From assembly GCA_964016885.1 (NCBI GenBank), contig OZ024742.1, positions 180,420,001 through 180,484,000 of the forward strand: a DNA stretch of 64,000 nt, in the 5' to 3' direction. The notes under the pieces are model-generated. The model saw nothing but the letters and a program-made list of their open reading frames with translations, did not search any database and was not told where the DNA came from. Shown piece by piece: positions 1 to 14,159 of the stretch (within the stretch, counting starts at the first letter, position 1; each line of letters opens with the position of its first letter). Origin of the DNA: Eledone cirrhosa. Lineage: Eukaryota. Made by a program: the position numbers and the translations under genes.

Positions 1-114
1 ATTTAACTTTATTTTACACTACTCCGGAGTAACCAAACAAACCTGCGCACTTCGTCGAGTGCTCCAGCCTGCATACTGAGGTGTTGGTATACAACCAACA
101 TAAACTCAACATCT

Positions 115-1190
<1,076 letters not shown>

Positions 1191-1483
1191 TAGGACGAAA
1201 CATTGTTGGCTAATAAAGACTTTTGGTTTATTTTTTTTTAAATTCTTCGGCTCTGTTTAATTACATTAAGCTATATCTTATACTGTCATTTCTATAATAT
1301 GAAGAGGGTGTTTAACTACAACACACTCTAGTATTTTAATTCTTATATATATAGTTTTGCGAGGTTTTTCATATGAAATCGTGTGTCGAAACAAATATTG
1401 TTATACTTGGGGAGGGTCATAAAGCGAAACCCAACCACACAGTGAGTGTGTTCTTTTATTAATTCTGGCAATATTACACAAAT

Positions 1484-4400
1484 ATGACATTCCCCAAGTA
1501 TAACAATATTTGTTTCGACACATGATTTCATATAAAAACCTCGCAAAACTAATTCATCACCGTTATGGCATTAGCTTGTGCCAAGCTGAAAGGTTATTGA
1601 AAGACACTGTTTTCTGTTATATAAAAACTACAATAACAACAGAACAAATCCGCTTCTTAAAACACTGTGTTTCCTCCAAAATATACACAACAAACATATC
1701 AAAACAAGTAAATAATTTATTATTGAACAAATCACAAGCTGAACGACTAAAACACACAATAACAGTTAATATGAAAATAACAACATACACAAAATTCAAC
1801 GAACTTTACAGACAGAAACGCATTAACGGTAAGGAAGTCCGAAATCTCACCACGCCAAACGAGAGGGATAACTTCATGAGCGTCATCCGACGTGAAACGA
1901 AATACGCCCGAAACGAATGCAATAGGCACTTCAATAAGAAATTAGAATGGATGAATAAGAAAAAACTACTAGAAAGGAAAATAGAATATTCTCAAAAATA
2001 CCCAGATAACATCAACAATATCCGCATAACGGTTGTAAAACTACCGGAAGAATTTACCAATGACCACACAGTAAATATTTATGGGAACACTTTAATCAGT
2101 GAACAAGAACAACAAATCCTGCAGCTACCACCAAAATGTGCCATCTACAAAAAGATTAACCCTATGGAGTGCAAAACGGAGCTGGAAAAGTGTTTCACAA
2201 AAATATGCAAAGGTAAACAACAACAACAACAACAATAATAACGGTAGTAGTAATATAAACAATAACTCTGAGTATAGAAATAACAGCCAATAACAATAAC
2301 AATAGCAGGAAAGTGAGAAATAGTAATAATGGTAATGTAGTGACCTACATTCCGCGGGCTCACATACATTCTCTGTGCGTGATTTGGCTCAGTTCAGCCA
2401 ATCAGCGCCAGTAGAAGAGGATGTATCCCTACGCACCCTGAGGAAGAAATTCCCCGCGAAGATTTGAAGAATCTCTCTCTTGTACCGGAAACTTCAAGCC
2501 AGCAACACGCATAATGTAACGGTGAGATTTGCACCCTAGCCTCGCCGGCTTAACGGCGCAAAGGCACATTCCCTTTTGTAACCTCTTTGTATCTGTAACT
2601 TCAACCATATAAATAAACAAACATTTCATCTCTAATTACTGCTGTTGAAATCGTTGTTATGTTACTCGTGTCTCAATGAAATCTATAATCCATGCTGCTG
2701 GAATTGGCGACCTGACGAAAGGAATATTGTAAATAGATGGTAAATAGATCGAGGGACCTTCCCTCACGTCTATGTCAACAAGATAACCCAACGAGGATAC
2801 TATCACTGACCACACTGGCAACTAACAACCTTCAATCATCTACCCTGTTAAAGTGGCGACTACTCTATAACCAATAACTGCTAAAGTAATAATACTAACG
2901 ATAGACAGAACAACAACAACCACAACAATAATAATAATAATAGAAACGTTAACCACAGACACAGCAGGAGCGATCACAGTAGTAATAACGGTAACAATAC
3001 GAACAACAACAACAATAACCACAGTGGTAATAATGGAAATAATACATGTAGCAACATCAATGATAGACACAACAAAAACAAGAAACAGAATAAAAGTAAC
3101 AATCACAATGGTAGAAATAACAGTGACAACAACGATAACGGTGAAGTAAACAAGAATACATCTAGCAATCATAACAATAATAATAATGCTAATGATAGGA
3201 ACAACAACCACCATGATAACAATAATAGCAACACACACAACTATGACGATAGATATAATGACAACCCCTTAGAGAAACTATTTTTCAACCCAGCTGACAA
3301 AACATACAAGATGGGTAATATCTATCCTACGAGGTTACCCTTTAATAAAAGAGTTTGCATACCACAACAAATAGATGACGAGACAAAGGCACAGTTCACC
3401 ATAGCTAGAAATAAGATTAGACAAATAGTAGACAGGTATACTGAGAGACGGAGCAGACCAGAGGCCCAACAACTTGGGAGGAAACCTGTAGAAGGCTTGG
3501 TTAGCCTCAAGCAGCGCACATGGGATGGTGAGGTAGTATGTCTACCCACGGATAAGTCTGGTAGGATGTCAATAGATACCATGCCGAACTACATCAAGGC
3601 TATGCAACCCCACATCACCAACACGAACGAAATTGCACAACAAACACACGATGGGAGAGAGAAAATCCTCAACGCTCACATGATGATGTGGACTGACATC
3701 CTAAAGCCAAGTAGACGCACTGCCAACAACTTCCAGGCGTCTAACAATGGCATACCACCCTTCTATGGGCTCCGCAAAGACCACAAGACAATCGACGACC
3801 CGACAACAGGACCACCAACAAGACCCGTATGCGGAGCTAATATAGCTAGTAACTACAGGATCTCCTACTTCTTCTCAATGGTTATACGCCCCATAATCAA
3901 GATGTCCCCGGATGTATGTAACAGTACAGAGGACCTCCTCAGCAGAATCAGTGAGTGCAACAAAATCAGGAACCTATCCAACTGCATAATAGGCAGCATG
4001 GATGTGGTGTCACTGTACCCATCCATTAACATTGATTTTGCTGTGAAAAGATGTGTTGAGGTGATCATTGAGAGTGAGGTGGGGTTCTGCGACGTCGACA
4101 CAGACGAACTGGGCCTCCTACTTAGACTTACCTACGACACTGGCTACCTAGACAGCCATGGCCTTAGACGTTTCTGCCCTAGTAGAGCCATAAGAGGTAG
4201 ACCCCCCACCATAACCTCAATGGCAAAAAAGACTCCCATGGGAAGGTGGATTGGGTGGACCAAAGCTATACGGACCCCCCAAAACAATGATCAGGTAAGA
4301 AAAATGGTCGCACATGCAATAGGGGCTAGTATCAAAACTACCCTCAAGGGCCACATATTTAAGTTCAACGAGAAGATCTACACCCAAAATGAAGGAGCAG

Positions 4401-5577
4401 CCATTGGCGTCAGCATAGCTGGTGATATTGCCAACCTTTTCATGGTATGGTGGGAAAGGAGACTTAAAGAACTCCTTAATGAGAGCTTGATTTAGAACGT
4501 AGCACAATGGAAAGCATCCAGCAGATAGCTAATTCCATACACCAGAGTATAACTGTAAGTATGGACTACCCTTCCAAACATCCTAACAATAGACTACCTG
4601 TATTAGACACGGAACTCTGGATTAACACTATAGACGAGAGAGCCCAAATTCTCCACTCACACTATGCTAAACCCATGGCCTCCAAATACCTGATACTCAA
4701 AAACTCAGCAATGTCCAGTAGTGCTAAGTTTAATATTCTGATCGCAGATTTGGTACGAGTGATGAAGAATGTGTCCCGCATGTGCGACCCAACAGAAATG
4801 GAAAGACACATCCAACACTTCATCAACCGCATGCAGTTCTCTGGCTACAACCAAAGAGACAGAGTCAGAGTATACGAAGGAGCCATGGAGAAGTATAAGA
4901 CCCTCATAGAACTGGACATGAAAGGAATTTGCCCATTATACAGGAGCAAATCATGGAATAACTTAGATAGGGCTAGACATAAGATAGGGAAAGCCACCTC
5001 ATGGTACGACAACCAGAGATACCAGAGTGTCATGTTTATGGACGCTACCCCTGGAGGGAAATTAGCTAACCAATGTAGAAAGGCCCTGAGAAAGACCCAC
5101 TTAAAAATTAAGGTGGTAGAAAAGCCAGGAACCACCATAAAATCCCTGATCAGCAAAACCTACTCTTTTAAGAAAATCCACTGTACTAATAGGAAATGTA
5201 TCATATGTAAGGTAAACCCCCGGATAAACTGTAAAAATAGAAACGTAGTCTATAGCATAAGATGTACTGAGGGTACCTGCAGAAACATGACAACAACATA
5301 CATAGGTGAGACAGCTCGTAGCATAGGTGAAAGGATAGACCAACACTGGGGGGAACTAAAAGGACGAAAAAACGGATCAGTACTATACGAACATGCCAGA
5401 CAACAACATGACGGTAACATAGACAACATAGAAATTAGAATAATATCTAAACATAGAAATGACCCAGCAGATAGGCAAATCAGAGAAATAGAACTTAGAA
5501 GACCAAGACTAAACAAAAAGAATAAATGGAATAACAACAACACCCAAACAAACAACACTGACCCAAGAGAAGTATAA
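1484..5577 (+). pseudogene. PLE family A RT/GIY-YIG ORF, disrupted (frameshifts, LTR insertion, YVDD segment deleted)
   Basis: Motifs PTDKSG, FYGLRKDHK..GPPTRPVCGA, GSMDVVSLYPSI, GAAIG, VVYSIRC..YIGETARS; the YSRYVDD segment seen in the copies at ~15590 and ~63040 is missing at ~4490. Confidence 0.93.
2336..2885. mobile_element. Probable solo LTR (550 bp) inserted in the PLE ORF
   Basis: Absent from the sister copy at ~17205; GTAA target duplication at 2332-2335 and 2886-2889; termini TGTAG...CTAAA (degenerate TG..CA); AATAAA near 2612. Confidence 0.7.
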
Positions 5578-5843
5578 ATATGTAAATAAAATAAAATAAA
5601 ATAAATAAATAAATAAATAAATAAATACATACACAAGCACAATAACAAGAAACACATAAACACACATTAGTCACCCAATCACGAACACACATCACACATC
5701 AAACAAAACACTATACACACACGCAAACGCATGCGCAAAGAAGACAAAATAAAATAAACAAACAAGCAAATAAATAAATAAATATATAGAGAGACTGAAT
5801 ATAAATGGCGTAGCCATACAATTCAAAAGGAGGAAACAATGGC

Positions 5844-5885
5844 ACCACTGACGATGTTGCAGATGTGCAACGAAAGATTTATGAT
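5844..5885 (+). ncRNA. Minimal type I hammerhead ribozyme in family A pLTR (also 14269-14310 minus, 19564-19605 plus, 61135-61176 plus)
   Basis: CTGACGA-T-GTTGCA gatg TGCAAC-GAAA-GATT-TA; AGAUUU is self-complementary with G·U pairs; short stem I. Confidence 0.82.
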
Positions 5886-6090
5886 AAACTATATATATGT
5901 GTTTGTGTCTATATTGTATCTGTATTTTTGACCGTCGGTCAGTCAATGGCAACATTGAGGACCGAGTATATTAGATTACCGATATAAAAGACACAGAAGC
6001 GAAAAGCGAAAACCAACCAAACAGTGAGTGTGTTCTGTTATTAATTCTGGCAATATTACACAAATATGACCCTCCCCAAGTATAACAATG

Positions 6091-6145
<55 letters not shown>

Positions 6146-6220
6146 GTATATATATATACATATATATATGTATATATATGTATATATATATGTATATATA
6201 TAAATATATATATATGTATA

Positions 6221-6294
<74 letters not shown>

Positions 6295-6305
6295 TAACAG
6301 ATTAA

Positions 6306-6356
6306 AGTGTAAGCAAAGAATCGCTGCTTTCACCCTTAACGGGATCTTCTGAAACT
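6306..6356 (-). ncRNA. Variant hammerhead motif (CAGAAGA core) in family B 3' region; counterpart 9438-9488 plus, deleted remnant ~45210-45250
   Basis: Consensus AGTTT-CAGAAGA-T-CCC gttaa GGG-T-GAAA-GCAG..TTGC-TT-AAACT; each copy has a private defect. Confidence 0.55.
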
Positions 6357-7219
6357 AACAAAGTCAATCTGTAAACGCAGAACTGGATATTTCAAAAAAC
6401 GTTGCAACCGGAGGCGGTCAGGAAGACGATACTTTGGTTCGTGGAAACGTTCGCTGGCAAAGAACGGGAAAAAACGAATAATACGTCATTAATAGGAGCG
6501 GTGAAATACAATTACGCGCAAAGACAGAACCACGTTTTTGGTATAAAAGAGGTCGTAGACTAATGTTCTCTTAGGTGGTGTATAGAGACGTTCTCTGGCA
6601 ATGAACGAAAAAACGAAGATAATACGTTATATGTGGAGCGTGGAGAACAATAGCAAGCAAAGACAAAACCACGTAAATGGTATAGCAGAAGTCGTAGACT
6701 AAAATTCTAACTAGGAGACCAAATCAATCTCCGCTACAGAGTTAAGAACAAAGTAAATAAATACAATACATAAGTAATAGAAATAAATTAATGCATACAC
6801 GCAAACAAATACGTACAAACACAAGCATACGCAAAACGTTACCATAGATATACAAAACCACGCACATATAAATGTGTGTGTGTGTGTATGCGTGTATACA
6901 AATAAAAAATTATATAAACGTATATAAATAAATAAATACGTATATAACAAGCGCACACACATACCTACATATAAATACATGAATGTTCGGAGACGTAAGT
7001 CAACTAAAACAAGAAGTACACGTATACACACACCCACCATACGTACGAACCTACATACTCACACAGACGCAAAACTCCCATATACACATAGCCAAACCCG
7101 ATGTACCAGAAAATATAAAATTATATGCCATAACAATCAAATAAACGTACGAGAAGTTATACGTACCTTCACAAAACATACGGGTAATATATACTTACCC
7201 ATGCAAATAAGTAAAGGAA

Positions 7220-8514
7220 AGGATTTCGAAGTTGATGTCATCCTCAATGCCCGAAAGTCGGTGATTAATCTCGACGACTATATTTGGATTAAAAAATCCA
7301 ATAGTACCCCATTCGAAGTGAGTATGGGCGCCAGTGACTCTGCGGAGGTTACTGATCTTATTGGCTTTTTCCTTCTTTTCTCTATCAAGGACGAATTCCC
7401 CAACGCAGGCGGTGGTTTGTACCGTGACGATGGTCTGTTGACCATGACTAAGTGCGGACCTCGTGCTTGCGACAGGTTCAGAAAAGAATTCACAGCCTTC
7501 TTTAAAGGCTTCGACCTCTCTATACAGGTTGAGGCCAATCTCTCGGTCGTTAATTACCTCGACGTTACCCTCAATTTATTGACTGGGACGTATTACCCGT
7601 ATAGAAAGCCGAATGATACGCTTAATTACATAAGTAAGCATTCCAACCATCCTGCCAGCATAACCAAGAACCTGGTAAGAAACGTTTCGTTGAGGCTTTC
7701 CCGTCTTTCCACCAACGAGCGTATTTTCAACGACCATTCCACTTATTACAATGAAGCTCTTGCTCGAAGTGGATTTGTCGATAAGGTAGCATATACAGAG
7801 TACGAAAATAGACCGAGAAGAAATAGATCCCGTCGCATTTGTTGGTATAACCCACCATATAATATGGAGGTGGCCACACCATTAGCTAAGATCTTTCTTT
7901 CCCTTATTACGAAGCATTTTGCCCTTACACATAAATATAGTAAAATTTTTAATAGAAATACTATTAAAATGTCTTACTCTACGACTCCTAACCTTGCACA
8001 TAACATCACAGCTTCAAATTTAGCTAAACTACCTAGCCGAAGGAACACGTGCAACCCTGTAGTTAGTACTAACTGTAATTGTAGGAATCGGGCTGATTGC
8101 CCCCTATCCGGGAAATGCCTCTCTAGTAACATTGTCTACAAATGTAAGGTTGTAACACCCACGTCCCGTAGGGCCTACATAGGGTTAACCGCCAATATTT
8201 TCAAGCAGCGTCTTTACATGCATAACCATTCTTTTCGTTACCCTCTAAGAAGGAATATGACGTAACTTTCAGCTTATATATGGAGTCTAAAACACAACCA
8301 CACCCAATATAAGTTACACTGGGAGATCCTAGCTAGGGCTAGATCGTATAACGGAAATAAAAGACCATGTGACCTCTGCGCCGCTGAGGCCCTGGAAATA
8401 CTCTACGCCACAGACCACATCTTAAACAAAAAATCTGAGGCAATTTCGGCTTGTAAACATAAATTGCACAAAACTTTCCTGTATTACAGCCCCACGTTAT
8501 ACCCTAACGGATAA
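7220..8514 (+). pseudogene. PLE family B RT C-terminal half + GIY-YIG endonuclease; in-frame TAA at 8263-8265
   Basis: MGASDSAEVTDLIG, LYRDDGL, WYNPP, CNCRNRADCPLSGKC, IVYKC..YIGLT; same frame resumes LSAYIWSLK..CDLC..CKHK to 8514. Confidence 0.92.
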
Positions 8515-9708
8515 TACGATCTATACGTGGATATTTTACGTCTTGATGTGGGAGCTAAGTATATGTTTTGTTTATTCCTTTACTTATTTGCATAGGTAAG
8601 TATATATTACCCGTATGTTTTGTGAAGGTACGTATAACTTCTCGTACGTATATTTGATTGTTATGGCATATAATTTTATATTTTCTGGTACATAGGGTTT
8701 GGCTATGAGTATATGGGAGTTTTGCGTCTGTGTGAGTATGTAGGTTCGTACGTATGGTGGGTGTGTGTATATGTGTACTTCTTGTTTTAGTTGACTTACG
8801 TCTCCGAAGATTCGTGTATTTATATGTAGGTATGTATGTGCGCTTGTTATATACGTATTTATTTATTTATATACGTTTATATAATTTTTTATTTGTATAC
8901 ACGCATACACACACACACACATTTATATGTGCGTGGTTTTGTATAGCTATGGTAAGGTTTTGCGTATGCTTGTGTATGTACGTGTTTGTTTGCGTGTGTG
9001 CATTTATTTATTTCTATTACTTCTGTATTGTATTTATTTACTTTGTTCTTAACTCTGTAGCGGAGATTGATTTGGTCTCCTAGTTAGAATTTTAGTCTAC
9101 GACTTCTGCTATACCATTTACGTGGTTTTGTCTTTGCTTGCTATTGTTCTCTACGCTCCACATATGACGTATTATCTTCGTTTTTACGTTCATTGCCAGA
9201 GAACGTTTCTATGCACCACCTAAGAGAACATTAGTCTACGACCTCTTTTATACCATAAACGTGGTTCTGTCTTTGCGCCTAATTGTTTTTCACCGCTCCT
9301 ATTAATGACGTATTATTCGTTTTCTCCCGTTCTTTGCCAGCGAACGTTACCACGAACCAAAGTATCGTCTTCCTGTCTTCCTCCGGTTGCAACGTTTTTT
9401 GAAATATCCAGTTCTGCGTTTACAGATTGACTTTGTTAGTTTCAAAAGATCCCGTTAAGGGTGAAAGCAGCGATTCTTTGCTTAAACTTTAATCTGTTAT
9501 TTTAATAAATATTTGCTCTACGGTTCTTATATATTTGATATATATTTATCCTTATCGAGCCCTCTTTGGATTTTAGTCTTCAAATTTATTATTATTACTA
9601 TATATATATATATATATATATGTATATGTACATATATATGAGGTCTCCCCCACTTGATTTCGGCCGCGGATGGCGAACATACCCCCCCCCCCCCTGTTCC
9701 CACCCACC

Positions 9709-9769
<61 letters not shown>

Positions 9770-9784
9770 TATATACATACATAT

Positions 9785-9830
<46 letters not shown>

Positions 9831-9836
<6 letters not shown>

Positions 9837-10392
9837 ATACTTTGGGAGGGTCATGTTTCCAATAAGAAACACACGCACCAATTGCTTTCACTTCAATTTA
9901 TTATAATAAAAATAAAAATATGAGTGGAACAGCAACATCACAACTTACAATTAAGGAAAAAATGAAAACACACACACACATAGAACAAACAACCAACCAG
10001 TAACATGTAAATAAACAAATAAATAAATGAACATAAACACACACAGACACCCGGATGTGGCGCATGCGCAGACTGAGCACACAACACACACACAGAAACA
10101 AAATGGCGTAGGACAGAACAAAGGAGAGGCACAGAAACAAAGAAAGGAATCCCCAGACACTGAAGAGGTCACAGAGTGTGTGACGAAAGAACTATGACTA
10201 TATATAAACAACTATCTGGTTGTGTAACCAACCAACCAACCAGAAATTTATAAATTTATAAATTTATTATAAATTTATTATAATAAATTGAAGTTAAAGC
10301 AACTGGTGCGTTTGTTTCTTATTGGCAACATGACCCTCCCAAAGTATAACAATATCGGTTTCAACACACGATTTCAATTAAAGAATCTTGCT
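9831..10392 (+). mobile_element. Solo pLTR of PLE subfamily A' with short inverted end (9831-9905 mirrors ~10280-10352)
   Basis: Matches the reverse complement of 61581-61915; ends ATGACCCTCCCAAAGTATAACAAT plus ORF-start tail, as in family A. Confidence 0.85.
10155..10199 (+). ncRNA. Minimal type I hammerhead, subfamily A' (better copy 61745-61789 minus)
   Basis: AG(T/A)CA-CTGAAGA-G-GTCAC agagtgt GTGAC-GAAA-G(G/A)AC-TA-TGACT. Confidence 0.85.
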
Positions 10393-10410
10393 AAACAAAT
10401 TCAGAAACGA

Positions 10411-10506
<96 letters not shown>

Positions 10507-10509
10507 CAT

Positions 10510-11582
10510 ATTTTTGGTAGATGAATAAGTTCAATTTTATAGTATGTCTATTAAGAATTGAGTAATATCTATGTGTTCTAGGGAAGCATTTGTCAACAGC
10601 TTTAAAGAATAGTTTAGCAATAGGAGTTTTAATATTTTATGAGAAAGGAGGAGCGAACCATAATATATTCCTAGATCTATTTCTTTTTTTGTTTTCCGAA
10701 TTATTGTAAGGTTTTCTATTATAGTTGTTAAAATTGTTAGGATTATGGTTAGTTGTTATATTATTATTATGAATGTATTTCATTGTATTTCTATATCCAG
10801 CTCGACCTAACGCTTCGTTGTAATAATGTGCATTATCATCGAATATATTCTTATTAGCTGAAATTCTAGAAATGCGTTGTTGTACAGAATTCACTATAGT
10901 ATTTTTAACGGATCTGGGGTGATTAGAGTTAAAATTAACGTAGTTTAAGTTCTCGTTTAGTTTGTGAAAAGGATAATGAAGACATGTGTTAAGGTTTAAT
11001 GTTACATCTAGAAAATTAACTATTTCATGGTAATTCTCTATTTCTACTTTTAGATTAAGGTAATTAAAAAATTGTAAAATTTCTTTTCTTTTCCTATTTA
11101 ATTCACAGTTATTATTTTCGATAAGTAAAAGCATGTCGTCACGATATAAACCTCCGGTCATCTCAGGTATTTTTCTATGTAGAGAATTATTTATAAAGAG
11201 GTCCACAAGATCCGTTACCTGAGCGGAATCGGATGATCCCATAGTGATATCGAAATTATTGTTTCTATCTGCTCTAGTCCAGAGTTGGTTGTTAAATTCT
11301 ATTAATGTTTTCCGTGCCGTTAAGATAATGTGCATTTCATTACTAGTTAACTCTGTATGTTTAAATGCATATGTTAGTGCTTTGTTAAGTAGATTAGGAG
11401 TGATGGATGAGTAATAATTAGCAATATCCAATTGAATAAACTTATTATTATAGTTATATTTAATTTCTTTAAACCATTCAATAACTTCATTAGTTCCTTT
11501 CCATAATTTTAAATAAGATAATTCCTTAATTTGTGGTATTATTCTGTCTAAAATATTCTTGCTAAGTATGCCATGGTCCGAT
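10510..11582 (-). pseudogene. Internal RT fragment of another Naiad-like PLE
   Basis: [49 protein letters not shown]. Confidence 0.9.
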
Positions 11583-11629
11583 TTAGATGGTGCAATTAAT
11601 CTGACTGGTTAATATATATATATATACAC

Positions 11630-11678
<49 letters not shown>

Positions 11679-11735
11679 CATATACATATATATATATATA
11701 CATATACATATATATATATACATACATATATATAC

Positions 11736-11786
<51 letters not shown>

Positions 11787-11789
11787 AAC

Positions 11790-11850
<61 letters not shown>

Positions 11851-11867
11851 TATATATATAAACATAT

Positions 11868-11904
<37 letters not shown>

Positions 11905-11907
<3 letters not shown>

Positions 11908-12497
11908 CGAAGGAAATTTGGTAAGGAACCAGTTGTACTTACAATGGTTACCTTTACCGAAACGGTTTCGAGTCTCAAAAATAAATGGATAGTCCTTGCG
12001 GGCCTCCATCGAAAAGATAAACACTCGTCAGAAGGTTCTTTTCACTCGGAGAATATAAAATTCCCGAGTTCGAATTACGAACTGGCGCTATTCAAATTTG
12101 TTCCCGAGATAAGAATGAATGATGTGGAAGCAATTCTGTCCAGTGCCGTGTTCAAAGATAGAAGGCAGAGGCAGGGAGGTCAATCTACTATCTCTATAAA
12201 TAGCAGTAGTCAAAACGCCCAAATTTTATCTCGACCAGGGGGAGATTGATAATAATAAAGTATATATCCCTACACGCAAAAAACTTATAGGGACACGTGT
12301 ATTATGCAACCATATGCCAATGTGGTTCAATGGCAGGTTAATAAATTAGCAAGCCAGAACATATATAATCAAGGTTTAGCAAATAAGAAAAAGTTTCAAA
12401 ATAAATTTCTAAAAATTTACTATACTTCCTATGGTTACCTTTACCGAAACGGTTTCGAGTGTCAAATATAAATGGATACTCATTGCGGGCCTCCATT
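11905..12497 (-). mobile_element. Retrozyme-like unit, 486-bp period (1 unit plus partial repeat)
   Basis: 11944-12009 repeats at 12430-12495; contains an HHR; (TA)n flanks; no PLE ORF. Confidence 0.7.
11950..12036 (-). ncRNA. Type I hammerhead with enlarged stem II
   Basis: ACCTT-CTGACGA-(~55 nt including ATGGA..TCCAT hairpin)-GAAA-CCG ttt CGG-TA-AAGGT. Confidence 0.8.
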
Positions 12498-12774
12498 TAT
12501 GTATATATGTATATATATAATATATATATATATTTATATATATATATATATATATGTTTATGTGTGTATATATGTATATGTGTATATGTACATATGTGTG
12601 TATATGTGTATATATATATATGTATGTGTGTGTATGTATGTATGCATGTATGTGTATATATATGTATATATATATATATATATGTGTGTATATATGTATA
12701 TATATGTGTATGTGTGTGTATGTATATATATATATATGTATATAAATATATATATATATATACATATATGTATA

Positions 12775-12816
<42 letters not shown>

Positions 12817-13343
12817 AATGTATATATATATATATGTATATGTATATATATATATGTGTATGTGTGGGTGTGTGTGGGTGCGTGTGTGTGTGTGTTTGTG
12901 AATGTGTCTGTTGACACCTGGAATATAGCTTAAGAGAAACTTGAAGATATATGATACTTGAAGTATGATAGGCACTCAATATTCTGAACTGGTCTATAGA
13001 ATTCTGTAGGCCTTTATCACTCTAAGTAGAACATTAAATATTAGCTTTTAAAGAATTTCCCTTTTCTTGAAATCCTGACCGACCCCCAACGATCTTATAG
13101 ACACCTGAAATATAGGCATTGTTAGCTTAAGAGAAACTTAAAAATAAGGAGTGGCACCCCATTCTGAACTTGTTTATAGAATTCTTTCTGCCTTTGTTAC
13201 TCTAAATATAAATTATAGCTTTAAAGAATTAGCTTTTAATGAATTCCCTTTTCTATCAACCAATGACCTCTACGCATCCCACTCCCCACCGTCTCCTACC
13301 ACCTGAAGAGACCTACAATTACCATATTTATTTATTGATACCC

Positions 13344-13394
13344 AGATTCCTGATGATTTCTAAAGAATGAAACAGTTCTAGTCCTGTAGAATCT
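13344..13394 (+). ncRNA. Type I hammerhead with a true stem III, at the 3' end of a non-coding segment (~12905-13410)
   Basis: AGATTC-CTGATGA-T-TTCT aa AGAA-T-GAAA-CAG ttctagtc CTG-TA-GAATCT. Confidence 0.88.
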
Positions 13395-13578
13395 CATCTA
13401 TATTAAAACTATATGTCTATATATACACATATATATATATATATACACACACATATATATATATACACGTATATATATATATATACACATATATATATAT
13501 ATACATATAAATATATATACACATATATAAATATATATACACATATATATATATATATACACATATATATATACACAC

Positions 13579-13609
<31 letters not shown>

Positions 13610-13715
13610 TATATATATATATATATAGGAGGTGAGTTTTATTGTAGTACAATAAAGCAATGCAGATATCGGATAAGAAGCACTCTACAGTTTGTAGGAC
13701 TGGAGTATACATAAT

Positions 13716-14043
13716 ATATAAGAACAAAAGATGGTTAAAGGAGTTCCATGTATTTTATTATGCGCATTTCAAAAACAAATATCATCATGCAATAATATTT
13801 GTGTTTTCATCAGATAAAACAGGAGGACATGATATGAAGGCTAAAAAACACTTGTGGATAGTTCAGTTTTAAATCAACATATCATGTGTTGATTTAAAAC
13901 TGAACTATCCACAAGTGTTTTTTAGCCTTCATATCATGTCCTCCTGTTTTATCTGATGAAAACACAAATATTATTGCATGATGATATTTGTTTTTGAAAT
14001 GCGCATAATAAAATACATGGAACTCCTTTAAACAACTTTTGTT

Positions 14044-14050
<7 letters not shown>
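13716..14050. repeat. Near-perfect palindrome centred ~13883, one HHR per arm
   Basis: 13716-13880 is the reverse complement of ~13886-14050. Confidence 0.95.
13947..14013 (+). ncRNA. Type I hammerhead (mirror copy 13753-13819 minus)
   Basis: TTTTAT-CTGATGA-long AU-rich stem II-GAAA-TGCGCA-TA-ATAAAA; AUGCGCAU is palindromic. Confidence 0.87.
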
Positions 14051-14111
<61 letters not shown>

Positions 14112-14159
14112 TATATATATATATATACACACATATATATATATATATATACATATATA

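Larger units (their letters stand above)
1352..6089 (+). mobile_element. Penelope-like element, family A, near full length; short inverted pLTR/tail piece at 1352-1420, 3' pLTR ~5580-6089
   Basis: pLTR sequence precedes the ORF start (1421-1510) and recurs at 6000-6089; 1352-1420 is the reverse complement of the ORF-start region; (TA)n on both sides. Confidence 0.92.
6290..9598 (+). mobile_element. PLE family B (Naiad-like), 5'-truncated, with a ~930-bp inverted copy of its 3' region upstream (6290-7219 mirrors ~8575-9506)
   Basis: Mirror ORFs 6711-7040(-) and 8754-9083(+); junction near 7219; (TA)n flanks. Confidence 0.92.

Noticed and set aside
6290-9506. DNA transposon with long TIRs (also 21534-26435)
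   Set aside because: The enclosed ORFs are RT/GIY-YIG, and the inverted arms are copies of the retroelement 3' region.
9639-9710. GC-rich island resembling HDV/HHR fragments
   Set aside because: Could not build the required helices.
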